Shown here one piece after another: positions 12,601 to 23,957 of a stretch of DNA of 64,000 nucleotides. Each line of letters starts with the position of its first letter. Position 1 is the first letter of the stretch. The position numbers and the translations under genes were made by a program. The stretch spans positions 5,394,001-5,458,000 of the forward strand of contig OZ218953.1 in assembly GCA_965112735.1 (NCBI GenBank). Direction: 5' to 3'. The stretch is from Phaeosaccion multiseriatum. Taxonomy: Eukaryota > Protista > Ochrophyta, other classes. The notes under the pieces are model-generated. The model was given only the letters and a program-made list of their open reading frames with translations, was not told the origin of the DNA and did not search any database.

Positions 12601-14412
12601 TGGGCAAGGGAGACTTCGCTAAGCCTAGGGCCGAGGTCAAGCCCAAAACCACTCGGGCTACAGACAGGTGGGGCAGAGGGCACATGGAGAGTCCCCAGGG
12701 GGGCTGACTCACTGACTCACTGACTCACTGACTCACTAGCGCAGCCCTTGGGCGGGGTGATAGACAGAGGCCCCTCAGTGGGTTTTGTATAGGCAACAGA
12801 GACGAGGGGCACCACCCCACGGGTTTGAATATTTGAATATTTGAGGGGCTGCAGGGTCAGGGAAGGTCGGCCTCATTCTTAGGTAGGTACGTAACTAGGT
12901 ACGTAAGCTCACCTCCCCCCTCCCCCCTGTCTGCCTCTCTTCCCCTACCTCACGCCCCTCTCAGCTCGGAGCCCTCCTCCTCCTCCGCAGTGGACAAGGA
13001 CGGGGACAAGGCTCACGGCTCGCAGCTTGTGGGGGTGGCGGTGGAGCTCATCAACGCCGTGCTGTGGGACAACAGGAGGTACTCCGCTCCCATGGACACA
13101 GAAGGTGGGTGTGCGGGTGTGAGGCGTCATGACAGACAGACTGACTGACTGACTGACTGACTGATTGACTAACATGAATACATGCACGCGTACGTAGCTC
13201 ACGACTGCTGCTGTATCACCAACTGCTGTTGCTGTGGGCTGTGGGCTACCTCAGGCTCCCCCATGTCGGCCCTGGCAGAGGAGGAGAGTTGGGAGGAGAG
13301 CGTCGATGTTGATGCAGTCATCAGCAAAGAGAAGAGCGAGGAGAAGACCTTCAAGGGACTGCAGAAGTACTGGCAGGAGGCCGACCAGGCCAACCAAAGA
13401 AGGGCTATGAGAGACAAGGAGCTGAGCCAATTCAAAAGTGCCGTGACGCAATCCCGCTCGGCGTTCTTACACAGCTCCAACCTCATGAGCTGGGGCGGGG
13501 CGGGCAAAGGCAAGAGCAGCAGCGGCGTGCAGGGGCTGCAGGCGGAGGGGGAGGGGGCGGACAGGGCCATGACATCCAACAAGCACCATGTTGAGTCCAT
13601 CAACAACCCCTTGCTCATGGGCATGCTCGAGGCCCGGAGAAGAACCAAGTCCAGGAGGCTGGAGGCTGAGGGGGGGGCTAGAACAGAGTCCGACAAGCCG
13701 TCCCTGCCCGAGGGAGAGAAGGCGCGCCAAGAAGCCGGGGAGGAGGCCAAGGTGGTGATGAAGCGCAAGCAGGAAGCGGCCCAGCAGGAGCAGGACGAGG
13801 AGCGACAGGAGCTCGAGCGCCAGGAGCAGATGCACAAGGGCAAGGCGGGGAGGAGGCTCAGCATCGAGGAAGGGGGGCTGGCGCAGCCGGTGGGGACAGA
13901 GGAAGGCTTCTTGACCGCAGCTGGAAACTACATGGAAAAGCTCATGCTGGGGCCAGCCGCAGAGGGTGGCGCGGGAGGGCACCACCATCCCCAGCACCAG
14001 CAGCCGCAGCCGCAGCCGCCGCCGCCACCGCAGCCGCAGCCGTTGGCGATACAGCAGCAGCAGCAGCAGCAGGGCAAGACCGAGAAGACCGTGGAGGGCG
14101 ACTCCGCGACGCCAACGCCGATACTCAGAATGATGCTCAAGGGCTTCGAAAAGGCAAAGGTGAGCTCCTGCCCACAGCTGACGCTGGGGAGGAGAGACCG
14201 CTGAACTGTCCCACCACTGTTAAGGCGCTGGTCCATCCTTTGAGCGAGAGAGGACGAGAGGGCGAGGCCACTCGGGCGGGTGGAAGGCCCTCGACTCGAT
14301 GATGCGAACCTTCGACAAGAGTAGTCCCCTCATCTGGATGGATGGTATGCAAGCAAACGTAGTTCCGCAGGAGCATGTCCTCATCGCTTGCTTCCCTCCC
14401 TTCCTCTCTCCG

Positions 14413-14450
<38 letters not shown>

Positions 14451-17400
14451 GCTCTCTACCCCTCTCAGACGGGCCTCGCCACCCAAGCCAACTACCTCGC
14501 CCCCGCCGTCGGTGAGAGTGATGGAGTACTGCGCCGGACTGACTGGCTACACGTTTGCTGCCATACTGCAGTTCCTCATTGCCTGACTGCCTCTCCACCC
14601 CCCCCTCTTTCGCAGGCGCACTTCGGCGGAAGGAGGTGGAGCCGGCGACTTTGCCGCGCGAAGAGACTGACCATTCTAGCTTAGCGGATGCCTCCTATTC
14701 CTTCTGGTGAGTGAGTGAGTGAGTGAGTGAGGAAGTGAGTGGGAGAGTTATACCGTCGCTGCTCTGTTGCTGGCATGTGGGCGGACTCGACTTGCCGCCT
14801 TCCTGCCTGCCTGCCTCCCTGCCTCCTCCACCCCTCTCGTGTATGATCACTGCACTGTATCTCATCTTTATCTTTGCATGCATGCAACACACATGCAATG
14901 CAGGTCCATGGAGTCTCGTCTGTGGCTGCTGCTGGGCCCCTTCGGCAGCGTGGGCAAGCTGTCCATGACCTCTCCAGAGGACATTGCACGCATGCACATC
15001 TGCGTGGGGCAGATGCCGCTGCAGCTCCTCTCCCCTCTCCTCAGACACACGCGCATCAACTTGCACGTCAAGTGCCTTCGCCGCCTGCAGGAGTCGGGTG
15101 TGGTACCCCGCCTGAGGGTTGAGGAGGACGTGGACGTGAACTCAGCAGAGGCGCCTTGTCTGAGAGGGGCAAAGTTCAAGGGCGCCGACGAGGGCCTGCG
15201 CAAGCTCAGGTCAGTCAATGGGCAAGAGAAGGGGGAGGGAGAGGGAGAAGGAAGGAAGGAAGGAAGGGAAGTGCGGAAGGGAGGAAGCGAGGGAAGGGGG
15301 AAGGAAGGAAGGGAGGGAGAGAGGAAGGACAGTCAGTCAATCAGCCGGTCAGTCAAGTCCCTCTCCGTCTCTCTCCCTTCGGTGCTGTTGTAACGACGTT
15401 GTATCCATCCCTGTTCTCTCTCTCTCTGCCCCCCTTGCCCCTTTCAAACACCCGTTGACTGCACTGCAGGCTGCAGCTAAGGGACAAGTGCCGGCGGCGA
15501 GTGGCGCGCATCCCGAGAGCGGCACGCGGCCCCATCCTCGCGGCCCGGGGCTACACCGCCCTCGTCAACACGGTGTTCAGGCCCTTCCTGGGGCCCTGCA
15601 GCGACCTGCTGGGATGGGCTCGTGTCAGCGTGGGGACGGCCCACTTGGGGCTGGCAGTGGCCATGGCGAGGGAGGGGGTGCTCTCAGAGGCGGCGGAGGA
15701 GGTGGAGAAGGGCATGAAGGTCGGTGGGGAGGACGTGTAGAGGTGGTATAGAGGCAAGGGGCAGAAGGGAGAGAGGAAGGCAGAGAGGAAGGCAGCGGAG
15801 AGGGGGGACTTGGTCCCTCTCGCTTTCCTCTCTCTCGGCGCAAAGCTTACCTGGGGGGGGGGGGGCAGAGGTGTGCTTTGATGGAGGAGGGGGTCGGCGG
15901 TGGTAGTTGTTCTTTGGTGGAGGAGGTTGCATTCTCTCGGTGCTCATCCCCCTTTCGCTTCGATGCGTCGTCTTGTGTGTTGTCTGTTTATGTTGTCTCC
16001 TCTCCGTCTCCTCCTTTCCCTCCCCTCCCGCCTCCTCTCCTCTCCCCCCCCTGTAACGAGCAGATCCTGTTGGCCAAAGGCGGTGGGGCCGCACCCCTCA
16101 ACTTGTGCATCGCTGGCGACGCCCTCAGGGTGGTGCTGAGGGTGGAATCCGGCGTGGACAAGGGGGCAACCAAGGAGGGACCGGGCGGAGGGGGTGGAGG
16201 CTCGTCTGTCAAGGGTGGAGGGGGCATGTCTGCGTTGTCCACGGAGAGCAGGGACAGGCTGCTTTGGCTGTGGAGACTGATGCAGGTGCTCTTCCCCTCC
16301 TCCAGCGACGGACAGACCATCTCTCTATGGGGCTCCCATCCCCTCGTGCCTGTGCTCGCTCAAGTCATGCACAAGCCCCTCGACCACGCAGAGGGAGGGG
16401 GGCAAGGAAGAGAGGGCAGGGGTGGGGGGGTCGACGACGGGGATCTCGGGGCAAGGGTGCGGGGACAAGCCCTCGGGGGGGGGCAGGGGGGGGGCGCGTC
16501 GGGTCTGCCATGGCTCGAGTCTCTCCTCAAGACGACGCTCTTTCCGGAGCACCAACTCGCACTGGACTATTCCCATGCGGGGGGGGCGGACGGGTACGGC
16601 GGGGGGGTCGGCAAGGGGGGTCGCGCCTCGGGGGGGGCGGAGGAGCTTTCTCCCTTCCAGCTGCTGTTGGGAATGCTCAGCAAACACATTGTCGGAGTGT
16701 CGGAGGTGGTGGCGGGGATGCAGGCAAGTTGCCTCGCTCAGGTTCAACTCTCTGTTGTCTTGTCTTGTCCTGCGATGTGCCATCTCTCTTGTGGAGGGGT
16801 GGGGGGAAGGTCACCCGCCGCTGACGTGTTTTTTGGGTGTGAGCATGTAGTCAGGCTCTGCGTTGCGTGCCTGGTAGCCACATAGTTATGTGCGCGAGCG
16901 TGTCGTCAGTGGAACTCTTCCTGGGCGTACATGCTTGTGCACACTCGCGTCTTTACCCTCTTACCTTTGGCACGCATGTGTGTCTTGTGTCTGTCACTGT
17001 CCCTTTGCCTATCGCTGTTGCCTCAGATGCTCCCCTTCGACTCGTCGGCCATGACTGTCCCGAGAGACCTCTTTATCAAGGGTCCCGTGGCCAAGCGCTC
17101 GAGAAAGGCAACAGGAGGAGCAGATGGTGGTGCCGCAGAGGACACGCGCAGCAGAGTGGAGATAGAGGCCATCGAGTGCAAGGGACGCATCTTCACTGAG
17201 GGAAAGGTCACGGGGCTCTCTCTGGAAGAGGAGCAGGTTAGTGAGTGAGGGAGTGCGGGAGTGAGTGTGTGAGTGAGTGAGTGAGAGAGAGTGAGTGAGA
17301 GAGTGAGTGAGTTAGTGTGTGAGTGAGAAGCGAGTGAGTGAGTGAGCGAGTCAGTGAGCGAATGAATGAGTGAGTGAGTGGGTGTGAGTGAGTTAGTGAG

Positions 17401-20176
17401 TGAGTGAGTGAGTGAGTGAGTTAGTTAGTAAGCGAGTGAGTGGGTGAGTGAGTGGGTGAGTGAGTGAGTGAGTGAGTGAGTAAGTGAGTGAGGATAGTTA
17501 GTGGCCGGGCAGGAGGGGAGCAGGTATTTCTTGAGCGAGCGAGAGAGAGGGTGGTGGGCGGGCAGGAGGGAAGGAGGTTCGGATCAATCTGTCGAAGACC
17601 CATTCCCCTGTAACGTAGCTGTCTGTCTGTGGGTTTTCAATCCCGTCCTTCTCCTTCCCCTCCCTTCCTCCAGGCCAAGATGGCTCTGACCGTTCCTGCG
17701 GTGGACGAGGCCCACACGCTCAGGCCCGTGCCGCTCGCCATCCCCTCGGAGTGGACAGTCAGGTACGTACGTACTTACTCTTCGTTTGGCGACTTGCTGT
17801 ATCACCAACCGCTGCAGCTGCTCGCTCTCTCTTTCTCTCTGTCGCCCCCCGTGACTTACTCGCTGCTCCCTTCCCTCGTCCCCCGCCGCCCACCAATACA
17901 GGCAAGTGTCGTGCGGAGACCGGCACACCGCCCTCATCACGACTGCGGGGGTGATGCTGACCTTCGGCTGCGGGGCCACCGGCAGGCTCGGCCACGGGGA
18001 TCTAAAGGACCAGCTCTTCCCCAAGGTGAGGAGAGGGAGGATGAATGGAGGGACGAGGGGAGGGGGCTGTAAGGGGTGGGGCATTGGGTGCAGGCTCTTC
18101 CCACTCCCTCCGGAAGAAGGTCTACCGTTGGGTCTGTTTTGTGCCCTTGGCGTGTGGCCCCTTGAGGTGTGACCATCTTCTCTCTGGCCATTGGCCTCTG
18201 ACCGACAGACGGCTGCTGAAATCCGTGTGTGTCGCACCTGCCACTGACTTGTGCTGACTGATGTGCGTGTGTGCCCTCCCCTCCTGCCTATGCACCTCTA
18301 CACTGCCCTGCCCATACACCTCTACCCTGCCCCGCCCATACACCTCTACCCTGCCCATACACCTCTATCCTGCCCTGCCCATACACCTCTACCCTGCCCC
18401 GCCCATACACCTCTACCCCGCCCGCAAGGTGGTGAGCACGCTGGTGAGGGCGGGAGTGAGTGTCATCAGTGCGGCGTGTGGGAGGGTGCACACTTTGGCG
18501 GCCGCGGCCTCGGGGGACGTGTATTCATGGGGCTGGGGGGAGGGGGGGCGCCTCGGGCTCGGAGGGGAGGACGGAGTGGTGCTCAAGCCGGAGAGAGTGC
18601 CCCGCATCGCACAGCTGGTGAGTAAGTCAGTGAGTGAGTCAGTGAGTGAGTCAGTGAGTGAGTCAGTGAGTAAGTCAGTGACTGAGTCAGTGAGTGAGTC
18701 AGTGAGTGAGTCTCTCCTGTCGGCACTGCAGCCAGCATGTCGCTCGTTCATTTCGCCCCTTTCCTTCCACCCTTCCTCCTCCTCACTTTTCTCCACTCTT
18801 TCTTTCACACCCCTCCCCTGACAGGATGTGCGAGCCATGAGCGTGGCGTGTGGCGCAGAGCATTCGATGATCATCACAGACGCAGGACAGCTCCTCGTCA
18901 TGGGGTGCGGCATCGACGGCAGGCTCGGGCTGGGGCAGGGCGTGGACGGCGTGCTTGTGCCCACGCTTGTGTCCGAGGGGGGGCTCATCGACGAGCACGT
19001 TGTCATGGCCGCGGGGGGCATGATGCATAGGTGAGTCAAGAGTGTCAGTTGCAGTTGCAGTTGCAGTTGCAGTTTCAAACATTACGATACAAGGCTTGTT
19101 TCAAATGACAAGACCCAACGGTTCTTGACCTTTCTCGTCCATAGACGGATCGCCCCTCCTACTTCAACTTGTTCCCTCCCCACTGATCATGAAGGGCTTC
19201 TTCAACTTATAAGTGGAACTCATCTTTCCGTCCTCCTTGGCCTCCTCTTGCGTCCCTCTTGCGTCTCCAGCGCTTGTGTGTGCGAGAGTGGGACGGTGTA
19301 CACGTGGGGCTACGGCGCCATGGCGGCTCTGGGACACGGAGACACGGAGGACTGCCTCATTCCAAGGAGGGTGCAGGGGCTTGGAGAGGCCGTGGCAGAG
19401 GCGAGGGGGAGGGGAAGGGCACCAGGTATGACGTCATCCGAAGGAGCGGCACAGGGGGAGAGGGAGGGGGAGGGGGAGGACGACGGCGAAGTGGCTTTGG
19501 GTGCGTGCGTAGGCGTGGCGTGTGGAGCCTGGCATACACTCGTGCTGGCGGCGGAGGGAACGGTGAGCGAAGAAGAGGGGGGGGGAGGGACAGATAGGAG
19601 AGGGCAGGGCTGGGTAAGGGGTAGGGTGGTGATGCGGGTGTTTCGTCTTTTGTGGCGAGAGAGGGGCGGGACTTGGTGGCGATGGGTAAACTCCAAGCGA
19701 GAGAGAGCATACGTGGATGTATTCACGCCTTCCTTGTATCACCAACTGCTGCTGCTGCTGCTGCTGCTCCTGCTTCTCAGGTGTTGTCTTTCGGAGACGG
19801 TTTCACCGGACAGCTCGGGCTTCCTGACAGGGGTGGAGACGAGTTTCGAACCTGCGTTCCCAAGGTACAGAGTGTCCGTCGGGTGCTCTGTTCGGCTTTT
19901 TCTTGTCTTGTACTGAGCTGTCCCTTCCAGAGCTGTGCGGGTGGGCTCACAACCCTCCCCCCCCCTCTCTCTCTCTGCAGGCGGTGCCCATCACTGCGGC
20001 GGCTTCGTCTTCTGCCCAGCGAAGGGGAGACCGGGTCCAGGTGAGTAGGAGCGGGACTGGTGTGTGTGTGTGTGTGTGGGGGGGGGGGGGGGATGCCACC
20101 ACCCCACACCCACCCCACACCCAAACACTTCGAAGTTTGCGTGCTTTTTGGGGGGGCGCTGCCTTACCTCCTCCTC

Positions 20177-20212
<36 letters not shown>

Positions 20213-21168
20213 CCCTCACGCCCCTGTCAATTCACGCGCTTGCTGCTCAGATCAAGACTGTGGCGTGCGGCAGCTTCACCTCTGCGGCGATCAGCGTGAC
20301 AGGCGAGCTCTTCTATTGGGGAGTGGCGGAGGCGCATCAGCTCGGCTCAGAAGGTCAGTAACTTACCCTCACTCATTCTCTCAACTGCTCATCACTTGGG
20401 TCAGTCGCTCAAGCCAAGGGAGGGCGCTGCCATGTGCTGCAGCGCTGGACTCCCGCTTCATCCCTGCCGTACCTACCGTGGAGGTCCCGCGTGTGCCGTT
20501 CTGATGAGCCTCCTCCTCCTCCTCCTCCCCCTCCCTCCTCCTCCTCCCCCTTGCAGACCCGGTGGCCAATCTGCCCCGTAGAGCGGAGTTCTCAGACCTT
20601 TCCCTAAAACCGCGCTTTCACTTCGTGGCCCAGGGGGGCTACAACACCGTGGCGGTTACAGACAACGTCAGCAGCGAGGACCAGCAGGAGGAGCTCCGCC
20701 TCTCGCTGGCGTCGGCAGCCGACGGTGAGTGAGTCAAGTGAATTACGTTAGTTCGTTTTTGCTGCGCTGCGCTGCGGTGCCGCATGGGATACCTGTGCCT
20801 CCTTCCTTCCTCTTGACAGATGCCTTGACAGATGCTGATGAATGCTCTGTCGATCCAATGGGCGGACCCTAATAGCGCTCTCTGTCGATGCTTTTGGTCT
20901 GACTCAATTAGCTCTCTCCAGCCCTCCCCGCCGCCTGACCCGTCACCCATCACCCGTCACCTGTCACCGTCGACTCTTAATTGACCCGTGCTCTAACCCC
21001 TTTGCTTACTGCTTCTCGGGACGTTCAGTGCTGCTGCTGCACCAGAGAACGGAAGCCGCTTCGAGGGACGCGGAGCGAGGACCAGCAGGGGAGCCAGCGG
21101 ATGAGCTCATGTTTGAAAGCAGCAGCGGGAGCGATAGCAGCTCGACCAACGAGGGTATAAGCGAGTGA
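7272..21168 (+). CDS. Very large multi-exon protein: PH-like region, divergent Clu domain and Clu-central-like region, helical region, C-terminal RCC1 repeats (may be two genes)
   Basis: Clu-like motifs RDWHSEW, LGHELRAS, PLMCVLNSFGYRVSA, RFRPELLE, LMHEAGINLRYL, ELLARTTKHVLR. RCC1 repeats at about 17900-20670 (SCGDRHT..TFGCGATGRLGHG, ACGRVHT..YSWGWGEGGRLGLG, ACGAEHS, YTWGYG..ALGHG, ACGAWHT). Stop at 21166-21168. Splicing around 14160-14700 is ambiguous. Confidence 0.65.
17238..17501 (+). repeat. Intronic (TGAG)n microsatellite running from a 5' splice site
   Basis: About 260 bp of imperfect GTGAGTGAGT starting at the donor cag|gttagt. Similar tracts at 14707, 18618, 22433-22468(rc) and 31162. 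Confidence 0.9.
18293..18422 (+). repeat. Intronic minisatellite, about 6 copies of a 19-24 bp unit CACCTCTACCCTGCCCCGCCCATA
   Basis: Direct tandem copies immediately upstream of an RCC1 exon acceptor. Confidence 0.9.
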
Positions 21169-21569
21169 GAGTGGACTCCAGAGCAAAGGAAAGGTCCAAA
21201 GGGGAGGTCCGGTTACAAACTCACTTGACTTCCAAGTTCATACAGTATATATATATATAGCATGTTTTCTGTCCTATGCTCTCCCCTGTCCGCTGGGAGC
21301 GAACGGTGTCACTCTGAGGCTTCATGGAAGTCCAAAAGTACGGACGGACAAAGCGTGGGGACGAGGCCTGAGCACAAGGCCTGAGCACAACGGAGCCTGC
21401 CAAGCTGGACCCCCCTCGTTCGGCTCTCTCTGCCCTTTAGGGCCCACTGCTGATGCGTGTGCTGCTCCTCCATCCCTTCTTCGCTTCTTCGCTTCCTCCC
21501 ACAAAGGCAGCAGAGCAAGCCTGTCTCCCCCTCTCCCTCTCTCTCTCTCTCTCCTCTCCCCCCCTCTGC

Positions 21570-21912
21570 AGCTGTCGCCGCTGTCCGCACTCAATCTCTC
21601 TCTCTCAACTCTTGCCGCTGTCCGTACTCTCTCTCTCCTCTGCATGTCCGTACTCTGCTCTCTCTCTATTTACTCTCGCTCCATGCACACATTCTCTCTT
21701 CTCTGCAGCTGCTACCGCTGTTCGTACTTTCTCTCTTCTCTGCACTATTGCCGCTGTTACCGAGTCCGTACTCTCTCTCTCTTCTCTGCTCTGTTATCGC
21801 TGTTACGAAGTTTGACCGAGTCTGTACTCTCTCTGTCCTCTGTAGCTGTTACCGCTGTTCGTACTCTCTCTCTCTTCTCTGCACTGTCACCGTTGTTACC
21901 GAGTCCGTACTC
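21570..21912. repeat. Degenerate minisatellite (about 30-40 bp unit, GCTGTTACCGAGTCCGTACTCTCTCTCTTCTCTG-like) between convergent genes
   Basis: Repeated CCGTACTCTCTC / CTGTTACCG blocks visible in sequence. Confidence 0.8.
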
Positions 21913-22038
21913 TGGGGTGTGTTATATCGGCTCCGCTCCTCCGGTGTTGTCAAGGCCTCAAGCAGGCATCACTGCGTGTCATGCTGCTCAGGCAGGCCTC
22001 GCTTGCTCACTGCCTTAGGCGCTGGCTTGCTCACTGCC

Positions 22039-23718
22039 TTATGCGCTGGCTTGTCCCAGAGCGAGCATGTCCTTGATGCCCTTGATCTCTTCGCTGTTGC
22101 CGCCTACGGAGGCCTCTATCCGGGCGAGGCGCTGCTCAATTTGGCCCATCATGCGCAGCAGCTCCGCGTTGGCGCCGCCCGTGCCGCCTCGCTCCTGTAT
22201 CAATTGAGTCCACCCATCCATCCATCCATCCATCCATCCACCCACACATACATCGAGAGGCGAGTGGTGAGGGGCGGAGCAGAGCAATCGCACAAGGGGG
22301 GGAGTGGGGGAGTGGAGCACACGGAGAGCGACACTAGAAACCCAAACAAACATAAAAGTAGAGTCATCCAAGTACCAAGTGGACAGCGCCACTAAGACAG
22401 TTACAGTACAAGCCAACAGCCGCCTGACTGAATCACTCACTCACTCACTCACTCACTCACTCACTCACCTCCGCTGAGTGGTCCTTCTCTCTGAGTGGTC
22501 TCCCGCCCCTCCCGCCCACGTGCCCAGCCATGGGCTCCTACGAGTCAGCAGGTCGACGACAGTCACACAGCAGTTCAACGACATTCAAACGACATCCAGT
22601 ACAGTATTATTTCAGGCAATTGAGCGGGGCGCAGGAGCGAGGACGTAAATCAGTGACAAAGGGGGCTGAGGAGCGTAGAGACACAGGGCTCTTATCAGCG
22701 ATAAGTTGGACAACGTGAGAGAGTTGGAGTGACCAGCCAGGTCACCAAAAGCCCTGGGCGCATGGATTCTAAACAGTCTGACACTCGCATGCCCAGCACT
22801 AGCGCTTACCTCCGGCCCACCCGGGAGGCTGGGAGGGTACGAGGAGTTGAGGCCCCCCTCAGAGCCGCTGCTACCCTGGCTGGAGCTGGAGTTAGTGCGG
22901 CGTTTAGGCTTTCCCAGCGACGTCTATGCGACGCGGGGACGCGGGAATGGGAACATCATGTAACGGTACGTAACGTCAGTTCGAGGGAGGAAGCAGGAGC
23001 GAATGAGAGGCACGAGGGCAAGATCTGTCTGAGAAACGCACCCTGGGTCGCTGGGAAGGGGAGGAAGAAGGAGGGGGGCCCTGCGACTGCTCTGAGAGAC
23101 GGGCCGCCCCCACCCTCTTAGCGGGATTCTCCTGCGTGCAACTCTTGTTATGGATGATGAGCCTAGCAGAAGGGACGGGAGGGGGTCGGCAAAATAGGGG
23201 CAGAACGGGACTGAAGCAAAGCAGGAGATGGACTTACTTCTCGGGCAGGAAGCTCCTGCCACACCACTCGCATGTGCTCAGGGCAACCTCGTTGTAGGAC
23301 TGCGTGGCCGCCGCATTCAACTCCTCTAAGCTCATGCCCCCCCCCCCGTGTCCCTCCCCCCCTCCCCCCGCCAGTGCTGGATCTTGTGGGCATGGCTTTC
23401 GCTCAGCTGGTGAGTGGATGGGGAATTGGAGGAGAACCGTACTAGTGAGGTCGGAGCACAAAGGATCATCCTTTCAAGGCACATGCTTACATCTTGGGAG
23501 TTGGTCTTGCTGCTTCTCCCACAGCTCTTTGCACTGCTTGAGGTGGATTTCGAAGGAGGAAACGCCATATCTGTCCATTGTAGAGAGAGAACCGCCGTGA
23601 GAGGAAAGAAGAAGGAAAACAGGAAGAAAAAAAACGAAGGGGACAAAGAAGGGACGAGTAAGGGGTATGGAGCTTACCCTCTCCCGCAGATGTAGCAGAT
23701 GCGCACTTGCGGTGGCAT
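22039..23718 (-). CDS. Zinc finger C2HC domain-containing protein (ZC2HC1/zf-C2HC_2-like) with C-terminal coiled coil
   Basis: Phase-consistent GT-AG exons give MPPQVRICYICGRGYGVSSFEIHLKQC...CEWCGRSFLPEKLIIHNKSC, then exons ending ...QIEQRLARIEASVGGNSEEIKGIKDMLALGQASA*. Confidence 0.8.
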
Positions 23719-23957
23719 ATCAGCAGCCGCAGTAGCAGCACCAAATGAGGGAGGGAGAGGAAACGTTAGGATTCGTCGAGTACCATCCCGCCGTCGGAGA
23801 AAGCGCATTTTGCATTTTGTTCATTTTGATGAGCTTGCGTATGGCTTCGCGGAGAGCCCCCTCACCGTCGCTTCTTTGGCCGCCCCTTACAATAGCCGTC
23901 TAAGAGGTTGCGGAAGAGGAGGGAGAGAAGAGAAGGGTGTTGCGCTGCTGCGATACC

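Noticed and set aside
14300-14302. In-frame TGA (followed by TGC) under one splice model of the Clu gene, suggesting selenocysteine or readthrough
   Set aside because: Alternative acceptors and donors give an open, more protein-like frame (GWKALDSMMRTFDKSSPLIW), and no SECIS was recognised. Needs cDNA.
22039-22531. Independent 72-aa coiled-coil microprotein gene
   Set aside because: The ATG is preceded by a branch point and acceptor (GCTGAC..CGTAG|GAG) in phase with upstream exons, so it is better explained as the 3' end of the ZC2HC1-like gene.
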